NCBI GenBank assembly: GCA_947631535.1
Contig: CANRLU010000001.1
Coordinates: 19,532-83,531, forward strand
Source: an uncultured Clostridia bacterium
GTDB lineage: Bacteria > Bacillota > Clostridia > Oscillospirales > Ruminococcaceae
Direction: 5' to 3'
Length of the DNA: 64,000 bases
The position numbers were made by a program, and so were the translations under genes. Every line of letters begins with the position of its first letter. Position 1 is the stretch's first letter. Below, in pieces: positions 9,623-19,313 of this stretch. The notes below the pieces were generated by a model. That model ran no database searches and had not been told where the DNA came from. It was given only the letters and a program-made list of their open reading frames with translations.

Positions 9623-11011
9623 ATGAAAAGGATCAAAAAACTGCTTTGCATAGCGTTAGCTTCGGTCGTGCTCGCTTTGAGCCTGTGCGTAGATGTCTCG
9701 GCCGACGTAAGCTTTACTCCGGATTTCACCGTTTATTCCGAGGCGGCGCTGCTTATAAATCTTGACACCGACGACGTTTTATACTCCAAAAATGCCGATA
9801 AGCAGCTCGTCCCCGCTTCGCTGACTAAAATTATGACCGCCGTCCTCCTTTTGGAGCAGTTCCAGAACGATATTTCGGCGCTGTCCACCACAAAGGTGTC
9901 GGGCGGGTATGAATGTTTCGATGAGCTTTATCTCCAGGGAGCCTCTACGGCCGACATTCAGGTTTATGAGGAAGTCTCGTACAAAGACCTCTTATACGCA
10001 CTTATTCTGCGCTCGGCCTGCGAAGCCGCAAACATTATAGCGGTCAATCTCGGCGGCAGCCTTGAGGGCTTCGCGGAGATGATGAACATAAAGGCCGCCC
10101 AGCTCGGAATGGACAGCACACACTTTACCAACGCGCACGGGCTCTTCTGGGAAAATCACTACACCACCGCGAGCGATCTGGCAAAGCTCACTAAATACGC
10201 TATGAGCCTGCCGCTCTTTATGGAGGTCGCGAGCACCGAAACTTATCAGATGGCGGCTACAAATAAGCACTCCGAGCCCCGCACGATAAGTCACACCGTG
10301 CTTATGATGTCGAAGACCAACGGCGGGAGCTATTATTACGAATACGTCAGGGGAATAAAAACGGGTACCCTCGACGAGGCGGGCCGCTGCCTTATAACCA
10401 CCGCTCAGAAGGACGGATATCAGTATCTTCTGGTGACGCTCGGCGCACCGCAGTATGACGAAAACGGCAACTCGGTGATGTATAACTTCATCGACCACAA
10501 AGCCATATATGAATGGGCGTTCAGCACCTTTGAATACACGACCATAATCAGCGAGACGGAGGAAATAGCCGAAGTCCCCGTGGAATACGGCGACGGCGTG
10601 GACTACGTTATAGTAAGGCCGAGCGAGGAGTTTTCGAGGATATGGAGCAAAAGGGTGTCGCCCGATTCCGTTCACAGAGACGTTGAGCTCAGCGAAAACG
10701 TGATCGCTCCCGTAAAGGCGGGAGACGTGCTCGGAAAGCTCGAACTGCAATACGGCGGGGAGACGCTCGCCGTTATAGACCTTGTAGCGACCACCGACGT
10801 TGCGCGCTCGCGTCAGAAAGAGCTCACCGCAGTGGCGCAGAGCTTTATCGGCTCGAACGATTTTTACCGAGCCGTTCAGTATACGGCAGCATTTTTTCTT
10901 ATATACACCGTGCTGGTGATAATCCTGAAGATCGTGTTTGCGAGAGCCAACAAAAAGCGGGCGAAACTTTACGTCCCGCCCAAAAGAGACAATAAGAGGA
11001 ACAACTGGTAA
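9623..11011 (+). CDS. D-alanyl-D-alanine carboxypeptidase (S11, PBP5/6-like) with C-terminal membrane anchor
   Basis: Signal peptide, SxxK motif (PASLTKIMTA), SACE... and HGL motifs, and a C-terminal TM (AAFFLIYTVLVIILKIVF). GGAGG RBS upstream of ATG 9623. Confidence 0.8.
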   Translation: MKRIKKLLCIALASVVLALSLCVDVSADVSFTPDFTVYSEAALLINLDTDDVLYSKNADKQLVPASLTKIMTAVLLLEQFQNDISALSTTKVSGGYECFDELYLQGASTADIQVYEEVSYKDLLYALILRSACEAANIIAVNLGGSLEGFAEMMNIKAAQLGMDSTHFTNAHGLFWENHYTTASDLAKLTKYAMSLPLFMEVASTETYQMAATNKHSEPRTISHTVLMMSKTNGGSYYYEYVRGIKTGTLDEAGRCLITTAQKDGYQYLLVTLGAPQYDENGNSVMYNFIDHKAIYEWAFSTFEYTTIISETEEIAEVPVEYGDGVDYVIVRPSEEFSRIWSKRVSPDSVHRDVELSENVIAPVKAGDVLGKLELQYGGETLAVIDLVATTDVARSRQKELTAVAQSFIGSNDFYRAVQYTAAFFLIYTVLVIILKIVFARANKKRAKLYVPPKRDNKRNNW

Positions 11012-11053
11012 AAATAAAGGGGACGGATACTACCCCCTTCTTGACACCTATAA

Positions 11054-11080
11054 CCCCGCCGAGCGCTGTGCTCGGCGGGG
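11054..11080. terminator. hairpin terminator between convergent genes
   Basis: CCCCGCCGAGC-GCTGT-GCTCGGCGGGG followed by ATTTTATATTT. Confidence 0.6.
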
Positions 11081-11089
11081 ATTTTATAT

Positions 11090-11722
11090 TTACCGCACTA
11101 TTTCCATTCTCCCTTTGTCCATCTCGACGACGGTATCGCACAACACGTCAATGTCCTCCGCAGAGTGCGAGGCGATGAGTATGGTCTTCCCATGCTCTTT
11201 TAGGTCGAGCAGGTACCTGCGCATCTCCCCTACGCCGTCCTTGTCAAGACCGTTCATAGGCTCGTCCAAAATCAACAGGTCGGGGTCTTCCATTATTGCC
11301 TGCGCGAGTCCGAGCCGCTGACGCATACCGAGGGAATACTTCTTGACGCTCTTTTTGAGCTTGGGGTCGAGACCGACGAGCTCGATGCTTCTTCTGATGT
11401 CTTCATCGGTGATTTTGCGCTTTATATCGGCTAACAGTTTGAGGTTTTTAAATCCACTGTAGTACGGTATAAATTCCGGCGTTTCGATGATAACTCCTAC
11501 GCTTTCGGGAAAGTCACAGTCAACGCCGATTCGCTTGCCTGCAACCGTGATTTCGCCCTCCGTGGGTCGAATAAACCCGCAGATGCATTTCATAAGCATC
11601 GTTTTGCCCGAGCCGTTTCTGCCGATGATACCGTGAATCTTGCCGTCTTCAAACTCGGCGGTTATGTTACGAAGTATCATATCTTTCTTGATTTTGAGCG
11701 ACACGTTTTCGACCTTTATCAT
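11090..11722 (-). CDS. ABC transporter ATP-binding protein (ABC-2/bacitracin-lantibiotic-export type)
   Basis: Walker A GRNGSGKT, signature YSLGMRQRL, Walker B LLILDEP. AGGAGG RBS sits inside the end of the upstream gene. Confidence 0.85.
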   Translation of the reverse strand: MIKVENVSLKIKKDMILRNITAEFEDGKIHGIIGRNGSGKTMLMKCICGFIRPTEGEITVAGKRIGVDCDFPESVGVIIETPEFIPYYSGFKNLKLLADIKRKITDEDIRRSIELVGLDPKLKKSVKKYSLGMRQRLGLAQAIMEDPDLLILDEPMNGLDKDGVGEMRRYLLDLKEHGKTILIASHSAEDIDVLCDTVVEMDKGRMEIVR

Positions 11723-11723
11723 T

Positions 11724-12584
11724 CTAATCCTCCTTTGCCATAAGCGAGAGATTTTTGCGCTTTATCACGCTCACGCCGACAAAATACATCATGAGGTTCG
11801 CAGCGGCAAGATACAAGACCGACCCCCATATCGGGAATATCATCTCGTTGAACAGCTCGTTGTAGTGCTTGCCGGCGGTCGAGTGGGCGAACGGGAAGAG
11901 CCAGCAGATTTTCAGCCCGATTATTTGCAAAGCCATTCCCGCCCCGAGCATAAGAAGATTCGCGGCAAGGCCGATTATTCGGTTAAATCTTAGCGCGAGG
12001 GTCATCTGGAGCTGTGCGCAAAAGGTCAGGTGCAGAACCGTCAGCAGACTGCAAAGCACGACCGCTCCGGCAACCGAAAAGTTCGTCATCACAGAGAGGT
12101 CGAGATAGCTCAGCGGGTTGGTGCTTCTGAAATAAACCGTGTCCATAGTGTTTGAATTAACGAACTTTGCCGAGTTGCTCCAGACGTTTCCGATAAACCC
12201 CTGCGGCTGAATAGCCGTAAATCCGAATACGAACAGCACCGCCAGCATCGTTGCCGCCGACATTATCACAAAAGCGACCTGCGAACGGTACCACCTTGCG
12301 CGGCCTGCTCTTATGAGGACGAACGTCGCGTTAGCCGAGATGTCGGGGAAATCTATCATCAGCACCGCAAAAGTAAGCGTTATGACGGGTACGCAAAAAA
12401 CGTTTGTGATGAACGTGACATACGGCTCGAATGCGTTGACGGGCTCGCCGAACATCGCGATATACTCCTTCATCGGGGCGACCGAAAACATATAGAGGCC
12501 GATAAGCGTAAACAGCATAATTATCTGCTTGTCGTTTTTGAGCCATTTTATGTACTCCGAAAGCGAAATTCCGAGCCGCTTCAA
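11724..12584 (-). CDS. ABC-2-type permease-like polytopic membrane protein
   Basis: 286-aa multi-TM ORF directly upstream of the ATPase. Its TTG start overlaps the upstream stop (TTGA). An internal ATG start is also possible. Confidence 0.55.
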   Translation of the reverse strand: MKRLGISLSEYIKWLKNDKQIIMLFTLIGLYMFSVAPMKEYIAMFGEPVNAFEPYVTFITNVFCVPVITLTFAVLMIDFPDISANATFVLIRAGRARWYRSQVAFVIMSAATMLAVLFVFGFTAIQPQGFIGNVWSNSAKFVNSNTMDTVYFRSTNPLSYLDLSVMTNFSVAGAVVLCSLLTVLHLTFCAQLQMTLALRFNRIIGLAANLLMLGAGMALQIIGLKICWLFPFAHSTAGKHYNELFNEMIFPIWGSVLYLAAANLMMYFVGVSVIKRKNLSLMAKED

Positions 12585-13480
12585 TTCATCACCCGCTTTC
12601 CGAAAACTTTTCTCCCGAGGAGGTAAAACACCGCCGTGAGCCCTATAACCGCGGGAAAATAGAGCAGTCCGAGCCTGTCGTAATGTTCAAGCCCGAGCGC
12701 CGCCCTGCCGAAATCATTGAAAACGACCTGCGAATTGAGCGCCATCTGACTCGGGCATAAAAATCCCGCCCACTCGTTTCCCCTAAGATACATTCCGTTA
12801 AAGCCGTTATTCATCACAAACATCGCCGCTATCGGCAGCCCCAGTGCCTTATATTTGCTTTGGGTGAGAAGATACAAAAGCAGGCAGAGCGCCGATATCG
12901 CCGCCGAAAACAGAAACACCGTGAGCGCAGCGTTAAAAACGCAGAGATATTCGTTCTGCGAATTAAAAAGCGTCCCAAGCTGGGAGTGGAGCGGCACCCT
13001 TCTGAACATCTCCTCTTCGGTGTCGGGCCTGAATTCCGCAAGATACTCCGAATTTTTCGGAAAATGCAGATACACCGCCGCGCAGAAAATGATATATCCT
13101 ACAGTCACCGAGCCCGCGCCCGAGAGAACGTATTTAAAGAAGGTCCTGTTCCAGTATTTTGAAAATTTCCCCTCGCGGATAAGCCTGAAGCGGTAGTTTC
13201 CCTTGAGCTCCGCAGCGGTCCCAAAAACGCTTGGAGCCGAGCACAGAAGCGGCAGAAACGCCGAGAACCATATCGCCTGAGAGGTCGTGCAGAAATCCGG
13301 CGCGGCATTTCGGTTGGATTCCTCCCTGAGCTCGGCGTGACTGTAGGAGAAGTATTTTAAGATGACAGTACTGCCATTTCGCCCTAAATCCGCGCAGGGC
13401 GACAGAAAAAGGAGCAAAACCGTTGTAAAAACCGCGAAAACATATCCCGTAACTGTATAAACCACATCTTTTTTGCTCAC
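12581..13480 (-). CDS. polytopic membrane protein (second permease-like subunit)
   Basis: Start set at GTG 13480 (GAGAAGG RBS 8 nt upstream). The longer track ORF to 13633 would overlap the upstream lipoprotein gene by about 150 nt. Several predicted TM segments. Confidence 0.5.
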   Translation of the reverse strand: MSKKDVVYTVTGYVFAVFTTVLLLFLSPCADLGRNGSTVILKYFSYSHAELREESNRNAAPDFCTTSQAIWFSAFLPLLCSAPSVFGTAAELKGNYRFRLIREGKFSKYWNRTFFKYVLSGAGSVTVGYIIFCAAVYLHFPKNSEYLAEFRPDTEEEMFRRVPLHSQLGTLFNSQNEYLCVFNAALTVFLFSAAISALCLLLYLLTQSKYKALGLPIAAMFVMNNGFNGMYLRGNEWAGFLCPSQMALNSQVVFNDFGRAALGLEHYDRLGLLYFPAVIGLTAVFYLLGRKVFGKRVMN

Positions 13481-13485
13481 TGTTT

Positions 13486-14847
13486 CTACCTTCTCTCCGT
13501 TCTGCCGTAGGCCATAGCCACTATCTCGCCGGTAAGCGCATCGACAAAATATTTTTCCTCCTCGATGCTGTTTTGCGAATTCGGCGGGACATTCTTTCTG
13601 AAGCACCAGTAGGGCTTGAGTTCGAGCTCGCATGTCGTGACCGCCAGATCCTCGTAATACTCGGGATATTCCCAGAGCTCATAATACGGGTATTTTTTGC
13701 AGACCAAAACATAGTTGAGCTCGGCGGTAAAGCTCAGGTTTGCGTTTGGGGCGAGCTTTTTTGAGAGCAGCTCCGAAGCCGCGCCGAGGGTAAGAAGGCT
13801 GTCGCCAGAGTCTGTCGTGTCGCCGAGGTTATAGGAATAGTCCTTGGTGAAGTTTGTGAGAAGTTCCTTCTCAGAGCACCAACAGGCGATGTAGTTGTCG
13901 ATCATAAACTCGGTGCCGCTCTCGATGGCGGCTTTGTCGCGAAGATACCTTCTGTCTTCGTCGTAATAGCTGCCGTTTTCGTCTTGAAGCTGAATTGTAA
14001 AGTAATACCCGTAGGTCTCGCGGGGCAGGGCCTTCACCTGAACCGTTTTGACGCTGTAGGAAAAGCTGTCGGGGTCGGCGGGAGCTATCTCGCCGTTGAA
14101 AAAGTCTTCGACAAACTCCACGGCTTCTTTAAGGTCCCATTCCTCACCGTCGTACATCTTATAGCTCAGGTCTTCGGGGATATCTTCGTAATCGAGGTCA
14201 AACTGCGCGACAGTTTCAAACGCATCGGGGTAATAGGTGTTTTCGGGAAGATCTGAGCCTACGGGAGTCCCCCACGTTGCGCCCATTGTATTGGTTATAA
14301 GGTGGAAAAGCGGGTCTTTGCTGTCGTCCGGTTTGAACACGTCGAGCGCGTAGGTCATGCAGTTCTGATTCAGAATTTTACCGTCAGGCTGCATTGTAGG
14401 CTCGGTCGTAACCGGCTCGTCGTCGTAATACGGGTCGCCCTCCTTCTTGTGCACCCAGAGCGATTCGTCGCAGGCGTCGTATCTGCCGCCGTAGAGATAA
14501 TCCGCGTAGGCGTAGATGTCAAAATCCTCCGCTCGACCGACGGTAACGTTATATGTCGGCATAACGCTCCCCTCGCCCACCCTCGCCCGCTCGACGGTGA
14601 TGTTTTTATAGGTCTTTTGCAGGTCGTAGCCGAGCTGCGCGCGGATAGTATCGACGTTTCCGCGCTCGGCGGGTTTGAGCTCTACAGATTCGCTCCCGAC
14701 GGCATTTTCTCCCTCGTCTGTGACCGAAGCAGTCATTGCCGCAGGCGGTGAAGTCTCGGCTTCTTTGAGGCTGTCCGGCATCTCGGCGCAGGAGGAAAGC
14801 ATCAAAACAGCTGCCAGAGCCGCGAAAATTCTTTTACGCTTATTCAT
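13486..14847 (-). CDS. lipoprotein of unknown function (acidic, ~450 aa)
   Basis: MNKRKRIFAALAAVLMLSSC lipobox signal. GGAGAG RBS before ATG 14847. No family recognised. Confidence 0.6.
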   Translation of the reverse strand: MNKRKRIFAALAAVLMLSSCAEMPDSLKEAETSPPAAMTASVTDEGENAVGSESVELKPAERGNVDTIRAQLGYDLQKTYKNITVERARVGEGSVMPTYNVTVGRAEDFDIYAYADYLYGGRYDACDESLWVHKKEGDPYYDDEPVTTEPTMQPDGKILNQNCMTYALDVFKPDDSKDPLFHLITNTMGATWGTPVGSDLPENTYYPDAFETVAQFDLDYEDIPEDLSYKMYDGEEWDLKEAVEFVEDFFNGEIAPADPDSFSYSVKTVQVKALPRETYGYYFTIQLQDENGSYYDEDRRYLRDKAAIESGTEFMIDNYIACWCSEKELLTNFTKDYSYNLGDTTDSGDSLLTLGAASELLSKKLAPNANLSFTAELNYVLVCKKYPYYELWEYPEYYEDLAVTTCELELKPYWCFRKNVPPNSQNSIEEEKYFVDALTGEIVAMAYGRTERR

Positions 14848-15862
14848 CGTCTTTCTCTCCGTCAAATTCAAATTTTACGCCGTGGAACGAGACCGATTCT
14901 ATCTCCGAAATGTCAATGGGCGCGATGAAGCCGATGTATTCGCAGTAGCCGCCGCTCTGCCGGTCTATCCAGCCGTTCTGCGACCTGAAGATCCCGCTGT
15001 CGAAGTCACGGGCCGAGCCGTCGCGCATATGCACCTCAAGGTTGTACAGATTCATATACGCGTCGCCGTCTTCTATCCCGAGTATCTCCGTGGGGCTTCC
15101 GCTGAGCCTTAAGAGCAGCCCGAGGGACGAGAGCTCGGCAGAAACGGTTATGCCCTCGATTTCGGCAGCTTCCGACGAGCCGACCGCTTCGAGCATATTG
15201 AGTTCGTCCCTTTTGATATCAAATACAAGATCCTCGCCCGAAAGCAGAACGAAATCCGCAAAGCCGCCGCCATCGGGGCGGTATCCGAAGCCGCCGAGGA
15301 TTATTTCGCCGCCGTCGGGAAGCTCGGCAAAGCCGAAGTTGTAGTAGGCGTAGGTGAAAACGCTCCCACTCCGCGATAAAAGCGTAAGGCCGACGGTCCC
15401 GCCGTGGAAGTTGTCCGAAAATCTGCGGAACGTCGGGACGGCTTCGTCGGGAATATCACATTCCGAGGCGTCTACGTCGATTATCGCTACGATATAATGC
15501 CCGTCGCAGGCCGTGCCGACGATACTCGCCGAAAGGTTTTCAGCCGAGGCGGTGATGTTTTCCTCGCAGCCGTAGCCTTCGGCGCTGTCTATGATATCGA
15601 TGTCAGCTCCGGAGCGCTCCACGGCGTCAGAGAAGAACTCCTTGAGCCTCAATATCCCCGCCCCCACCGAAAACACCGTTACCGCCCCGACGAGAATAAA
15701 CACAACAGCCGCGGCCGCCGTCACGGGCAGACGTAGATATTTTCTCCCCGACCGCGCGGCGACGGCTCCCGCCGCTCGGCATATCCGCCGATAGGCGCTC
15801 TGCTTTATATCCTCGTCGAGCGCTAACGATTCCATCGCTTTTTTGTAATCTTCAAGGCGCAT
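14840..15862 (-). CDS. putative anti-sigma factor (single-pass membrane protein with extracytoplasmic domain)
   Basis: Starts 13 nt after the ECF sigma gene stop. Short cytoplasmic N-terminus, one TM (LPVTAAAAVVFILVGAVTVF) and a ~270-aa external domain. Assignment is by context. Confidence 0.5.
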   Translation of the reverse strand: MRLEDYKKAMESLALDEDIKQSAYRRICRAAGAVAARSGRKYLRLPVTAAAAVVFILVGAVTVFSVGAGILRLKEFFSDAVERSGADIDIIDSAEGYGCEENITASAENLSASIVGTACDGHYIVAIIDVDASECDIPDEAVPTFRRFSDNFHGGTVGLTLLSRSGSVFTYAYYNFGFAELPDGGEIILGGFGYRPDGGGFADFVLLSGEDLVFDIKRDELNMLEAVGSSEAAEIEGITVSAELSSLGLLLRLSGSPTEILGIEDGDAYMNLYNLEVHMRDGSARDFDSGIFRSQNGWIDRQSGGYCEYIGFIAPIDISEIESVSFHGVKFEFDGEKDDE

Positions 15863-15874
15863 AAAAACCCTCCT

Positions 15875-16336
15875 TCAATCCCTCAAATGCGGCTCGAGCA
15901 TTTTTCGAGCGCGTTCGAGCCTCTTCGTCACCGCGCTTACGCTTATCCTCAATATCTTCGATATCTGCAGCACCGACATTCCTTCGTAATAGAACATATG
16001 GATCACGATGCGGTATTTTTCCGGGAGCGACATTACAAGGTCGAGTATCTCCGTGCCCGAGTCGCTTGAAGAACTCTGACTGACAGCCTCCGAGCGGGCG
16101 TATTTTGAGTGCTTCAAAAAGTTCTTGCACTTATTTATCGTCACCCTGATGAGCCACGCCTTTTTGTGCTCCTCCGATTCAAACACGGGGTCGGTCTCGA
16201 TGTATTTCAAAAAGACATCACAGGCGATATCCTGCGCGTCGAAGATATTCTTAAGGTAGCTGAAAGCAATCTTTGAAAGACTTTCATAGTAGGTCTCAAA
16301 AAGCTTTTCTGCCTCCTGCATTTTGTGAGCGGCCAT
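15875..16336 (-). CDS. ECF-type RNA polymerase sigma-70 family factor
   Basis: Region 2 (FETYYESLSKIAFSYLKNIFDAQDIACDVF...WLIRVTINKCKNF) and region 4 (LPEKYRIVIHMFYYEGMSVLQISKILRISVSAVTKRLERARKML). Start at ATG 16336 with an AAGGACG RBS. Confidence 0.8.
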   Translation of the reverse strand: MAAHKMQEAEKLFETYYESLSKIAFSYLKNIFDAQDIACDVFLKYIETDPVFESEEHKKAWLIRVTINKCKNFLKHSKYARSEAVSQSSSSDSGTEILDLVMSLPEKYRIVIHMFYYEGMSVLQISKILRISVSAVTKRLERARKMLEPHLRD

Positions 16337-16488
16337 TGTTTCACGTCCTTCATAATAAATACAACCGAGCTCGGCGGTTTGTGACAAAAATCTCCGAAGT
16401 TTTTTATGAGCTTTTGCGCCGCGGCCCGAGCAGCATGTATTTTATCCGTATCAAAGCATTATGCCGATACGGATAAGTCCATACCGGC

Positions 16489-16517
16489 ATAATACACAAC
16501 CTTATATTGAACGTCAA
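16489..16517 (-). promoter_or_regulatory. sigma-70-type promoter upstream of the ECF sigma gene
   Basis: Minus strand TTGACG (16517-16512), 17-nt spacer, TATTAT (16494-16489). It lies immediately after the stop of the upstream lipoprotein gene. Confidence 0.45.
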
Positions 16518-16520
16518 GTT

Positions 16521-18341
16521 TTATTCCTCTATCATCATTTTAACCTGTCTTGCCGCCTCTTTCGCCAGCTTTTTGAGCTCTTTTTCGTTTCCGTCGGTCT
16601 GTGCGGCGTCGTAGTAAGCGCGGTTCAGCACCTTCATAGTACCATAAGGCCCCATCTGCCAGGAAAGATATACGTTTTCCGTCGATTCAAGCGATATAAA
16701 CGGCAGATAAATTACATTCTCCGTTTGCCCGTCCGACGTATCGGAGCCTGCTCCCACGGGCGAAAGCTTTATCTCGCCGCTCATAGAGTCGAAGAAATAC
16801 TCCAAAAAATCGGCGGACAGCTCCTGCTTTTTGCTCGAGGGATTGAGTATCAGGTAATCGGTCTGCAGAGTGCTGTATTCAAAATCATAAAATTCGTCCT
16901 CGGCGCCGTTCGGGTTTTCGCAGTGGAATTTCAGGACTTTATAAAGCTCGTCGCCGCTGCCGTCGCAGTATTTTCCGTTCAGAATATCTATGTTTTTTAT
17001 GGCATACTGCTCTATGGCTTTTCGGGGCGACAGCGTTTCCCGACGGTTTTCCTGCATCATTATTCCGTAGGGTATCCCGAAGTATTCGCTTCCGGCTTTG
17101 CAGGCAAAATCGGTAAACACATTTGAAGCTATCTTTTCGCCGAGACCTTCGATTTTTCCGAGGTCGGAATATGTATGGGAAAGTATACATTCCTCCGGGC
17201 CCAATATTCCGTATGTACAGAGTATGTCGATATCGCCGTCGCCTGCCATAAGCTTTATTTTAAGGTTTTCAGGTTCGGAGCACACCACGGTGCGCACTGT
17301 TATATCGCGGCTCATCTCGTAATTGGTGATTATCCTCTCAACGTCGCAGGTCTGAGCCGAGTCGGGCAGCGAATATGCGACGGTTATGTATTCCGGCGGG
17401 GACGTGCGGTCAAAGAAGCGGTATTTTATGTCGCCGTCGGTAAGTATCGAAACGATGTTTTCGTATACCGAGATCGAAGCTCCTTCAAGCTCCTCAAAGT
17501 TCATCAACTCGCTGCTCTCGCGGCTTTCGAGGGAATATTCGCACAGCACGCAAAACGCCTGATCCCAGGTCATAAATACAACGGAATCCGCCCTCGGGTC
17601 ATAGCAGGCGTCGAAATAGAAGCCGCTCGCAAAAGAGCCCGCCGAAATGCCGCCCTGCTCGCTCAATTCTCCCGACTTTGCGTTAAATTCATATAAAATA
17701 CATCTTGTGTAATCCGCAGGGTCTTCCGAAAAGACGAATACGCTGTCTTCCTTATATGAGCACATCATATATGCGCCGTCGCTTATCTTTACGGTGTTTT
17801 CAACCGTATCGCCGCCCTTTTTAACGCTTAAAAGCTGCATTTTCTGCCCGTCCTGCCGCATTATGGTCAGGTAGTTTTCCGAAGCTTCAAATCCGCAGCA
17901 GGTAATCCCCGAAAGTCCTTCGACTGCAGACTTGCCGATCATTTCTCCGCTTTGAGAATACGAGGCAACCGCTCCGCTTTGCGGGTCAAAAAGATAAAGA
18001 ACGCCGCAGTTTGCCGAAATTCGGGAGGCGCCGGTTTCAAAAAGCTTCGAGCTTTCGCCCGTCTCGATATTCAGGCAGTAAACCGCGCCGCCGCTGACGG
18101 TATAAAGCGACTTTCCGATTTGGGTGTGATCCGAAAAGTGAGAAAACTCGGCCGGCACGGACAGGTCTTTCAATGGCGCAAAAGCCTCGTACTCAACGTC
18201 TTCTTTGAGGTTCTGTGACAAAGAAGAGTCTGAGTTTTCGGAATCGGCGCTTTTGTTTGTCTTGGCACCGGAGCAGGATGTCATAAGAAGCATAGCGGCC
18301 GTTATAACGGCGGCAAAAGGCATTGCAAAACAGTTTTTCAT
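16521..18341 (-). CDS. lipoprotein, full-length paralog of the 39174-42784 lipoproteins (N-terminal repeat-rich domain plus solute-binding-like C-terminal domain)
   Basis: MKNCFAMPFAAVITAAMLLMTSC lipobox. GGAGG RBS before ATG 18341. Shares LNIETGESSKLFET, ISVYENIVS, YEMSRDITVRTV, KLMAGDGDIDI, AIEQYAIKNID, GDELYKVLKF, ADFLEYFFD and the KKLAKEAARQVKMMIEE tail with the distal paralogs. Confidence 0.7.
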   Translation of the reverse strand: MKNCFAMPFAAVITAAMLLMTSCSGAKTNKSADSENSDSSLSQNLKEDVEYEAFAPLKDLSVPAEFSHFSDHTQIGKSLYTVSGGAVYCLNIETGESSKLFETGASRISANCGVLYLFDPQSGAVASYSQSGEMIGKSAVEGLSGITCCGFEASENYLTIMRQDGQKMQLLSVKKGGDTVENTVKISDGAYMMCSYKEDSVFVFSEDPADYTRCILYEFNAKSGELSEQGGISAGSFASGFYFDACYDPRADSVVFMTWDQAFCVLCEYSLESRESSELMNFEELEGASISVYENIVSILTDGDIKYRFFDRTSPPEYITVAYSLPDSAQTCDVERIITNYEMSRDITVRTVVCSEPENLKIKLMAGDGDIDILCTYGILGPEECILSHTYSDLGKIEGLGEKIASNVFTDFACKAGSEYFGIPYGIMMQENRRETLSPRKAIEQYAIKNIDILNGKYCDGSGDELYKVLKFHCENPNGAEDEFYDFEYSTLQTDYLILNPSSKKQELSADFLEYFFDSMSGEIKLSPVGAGSDTSDGQTENVIYLPFISLESTENVYLSWQMGPYGTMKVLNRAYYDAAQTDGNEKELKKLAKEAARQVKMMIEE

Positions 18342-18530
18342 ATATCCTCCGTGAGCAGGCATCGGCAGAGGTTATCCTGCCGGACATTGCTGTGTTCAGT
18401 ATATCACGCCGGCAAACGGGCGTCAATTTCCAAAGCACAAACGGCAGGATCGGAGCATAAACAGTCTGGAAGGAGGTGGACGAAGAGTCATCAGAACATA
18501 TAAGTTTACAAGCGGACACTTCTCCCGATA

Positions 18531-18558
18531 TTGACATTCATAAAAAACAGGCTATAAT
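18531..18558 (+). promoter_or_regulatory. sigma-70-type promoter
   Basis: TTGACA (18531-18536), 16-nt spacer, TATAAT (18553-18558). Confidence 0.5.
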
Positions 18559-18629
18559 ATATAATATAATGATATTGACAAAATTCGGCTTTGCGCGGGG
18601 GTCGTGCGAGCCGAAGAGGTGGCGACAAA

Positions 18630-19295
18630 ATGAAAGACCGTTTCAAAAATTACGTGAGTTACAGGACACTGCTCTGGCTCTTCGTTTTCGGGAGCTTAGC
18701 AGGATTCGTTATCGAGGGGATAAACGCGCTTATAAAGCGCGGCGCCTGGGAAAACCACTCCGCTACAGTGTGGGGGCCTTTCTGCATAATCTACGGCATC
18801 GGCGCGGTGGCGGTATACCTCGTTTCGCTTATACTTAAAGAGAGAAGTATGCCTGAGCAGTTTTTAATGTTTGCGGCTTCGGGGTCGGCAGTGGAATATC
18901 TTTGCAGCTTTTTGCAGGAAAAGGTGTTCGGCTCGCGCTCCTGGGACTACAGCTCGCGCTTTATGAACCTCAACGGCAGGACTTGTCTTGAAATGAGCCT
19001 TATATGGGGAGTGCTGGGTCTCGGATTCGCAAGGCTCGTGTTTCCTTATATTGTAAGAGCCGTAATGGCGGTGCAGGCGCACGACAGACGTGTGATCTGC
19101 GCTGCTATAAGCGTTTTTATGGCCGCGAATCTTATTGTGTCCGCCGCGGCAGTCTTCAGATGGAGCGAGCGCCAAAACGGTCTGCCTCCGAGCAACGCCG
19201 CGGAATCGTATCTCGATTCTCGCTACGGCGACGACGTTATGGAGAAAATATACGGCAATATGGAGTTTGCCAAAGAAAGTAATTCCGAAAATTAA
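18630..19295 (+). CDS. membrane protein, 'putative ABC-transporter type IV' family (PF06541/DUF1113-like)
   Basis: LLWLFVFGSLAGFVIEG...WGPFCIIYGIGAV matches the family pattern F..GS..GW..E....GP..P.YG.G. GAGGTGG RBS before ATG 18630. Confidence 0.6.
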   Translation: MKDRFKNYVSYRTLLWLFVFGSLAGFVIEGINALIKRGAWENHSATVWGPFCIIYGIGAVAVYLVSLILKERSMPEQFLMFAASGSAVEYLCSFLQEKVFGSRSWDYSSRFMNLNGRTCLEMSLIWGVLGLGFARLVFPYIVRAVMAVQAHDRRVICAAISVFMAANLIVSAAAVFRWSERQNGLPPSNAAESYLDSRYGDDVMEKIYGNMEFAKESNSEN

Positions 19296-19313
19296 AGGAG
19301 ACACAGGGAAATT

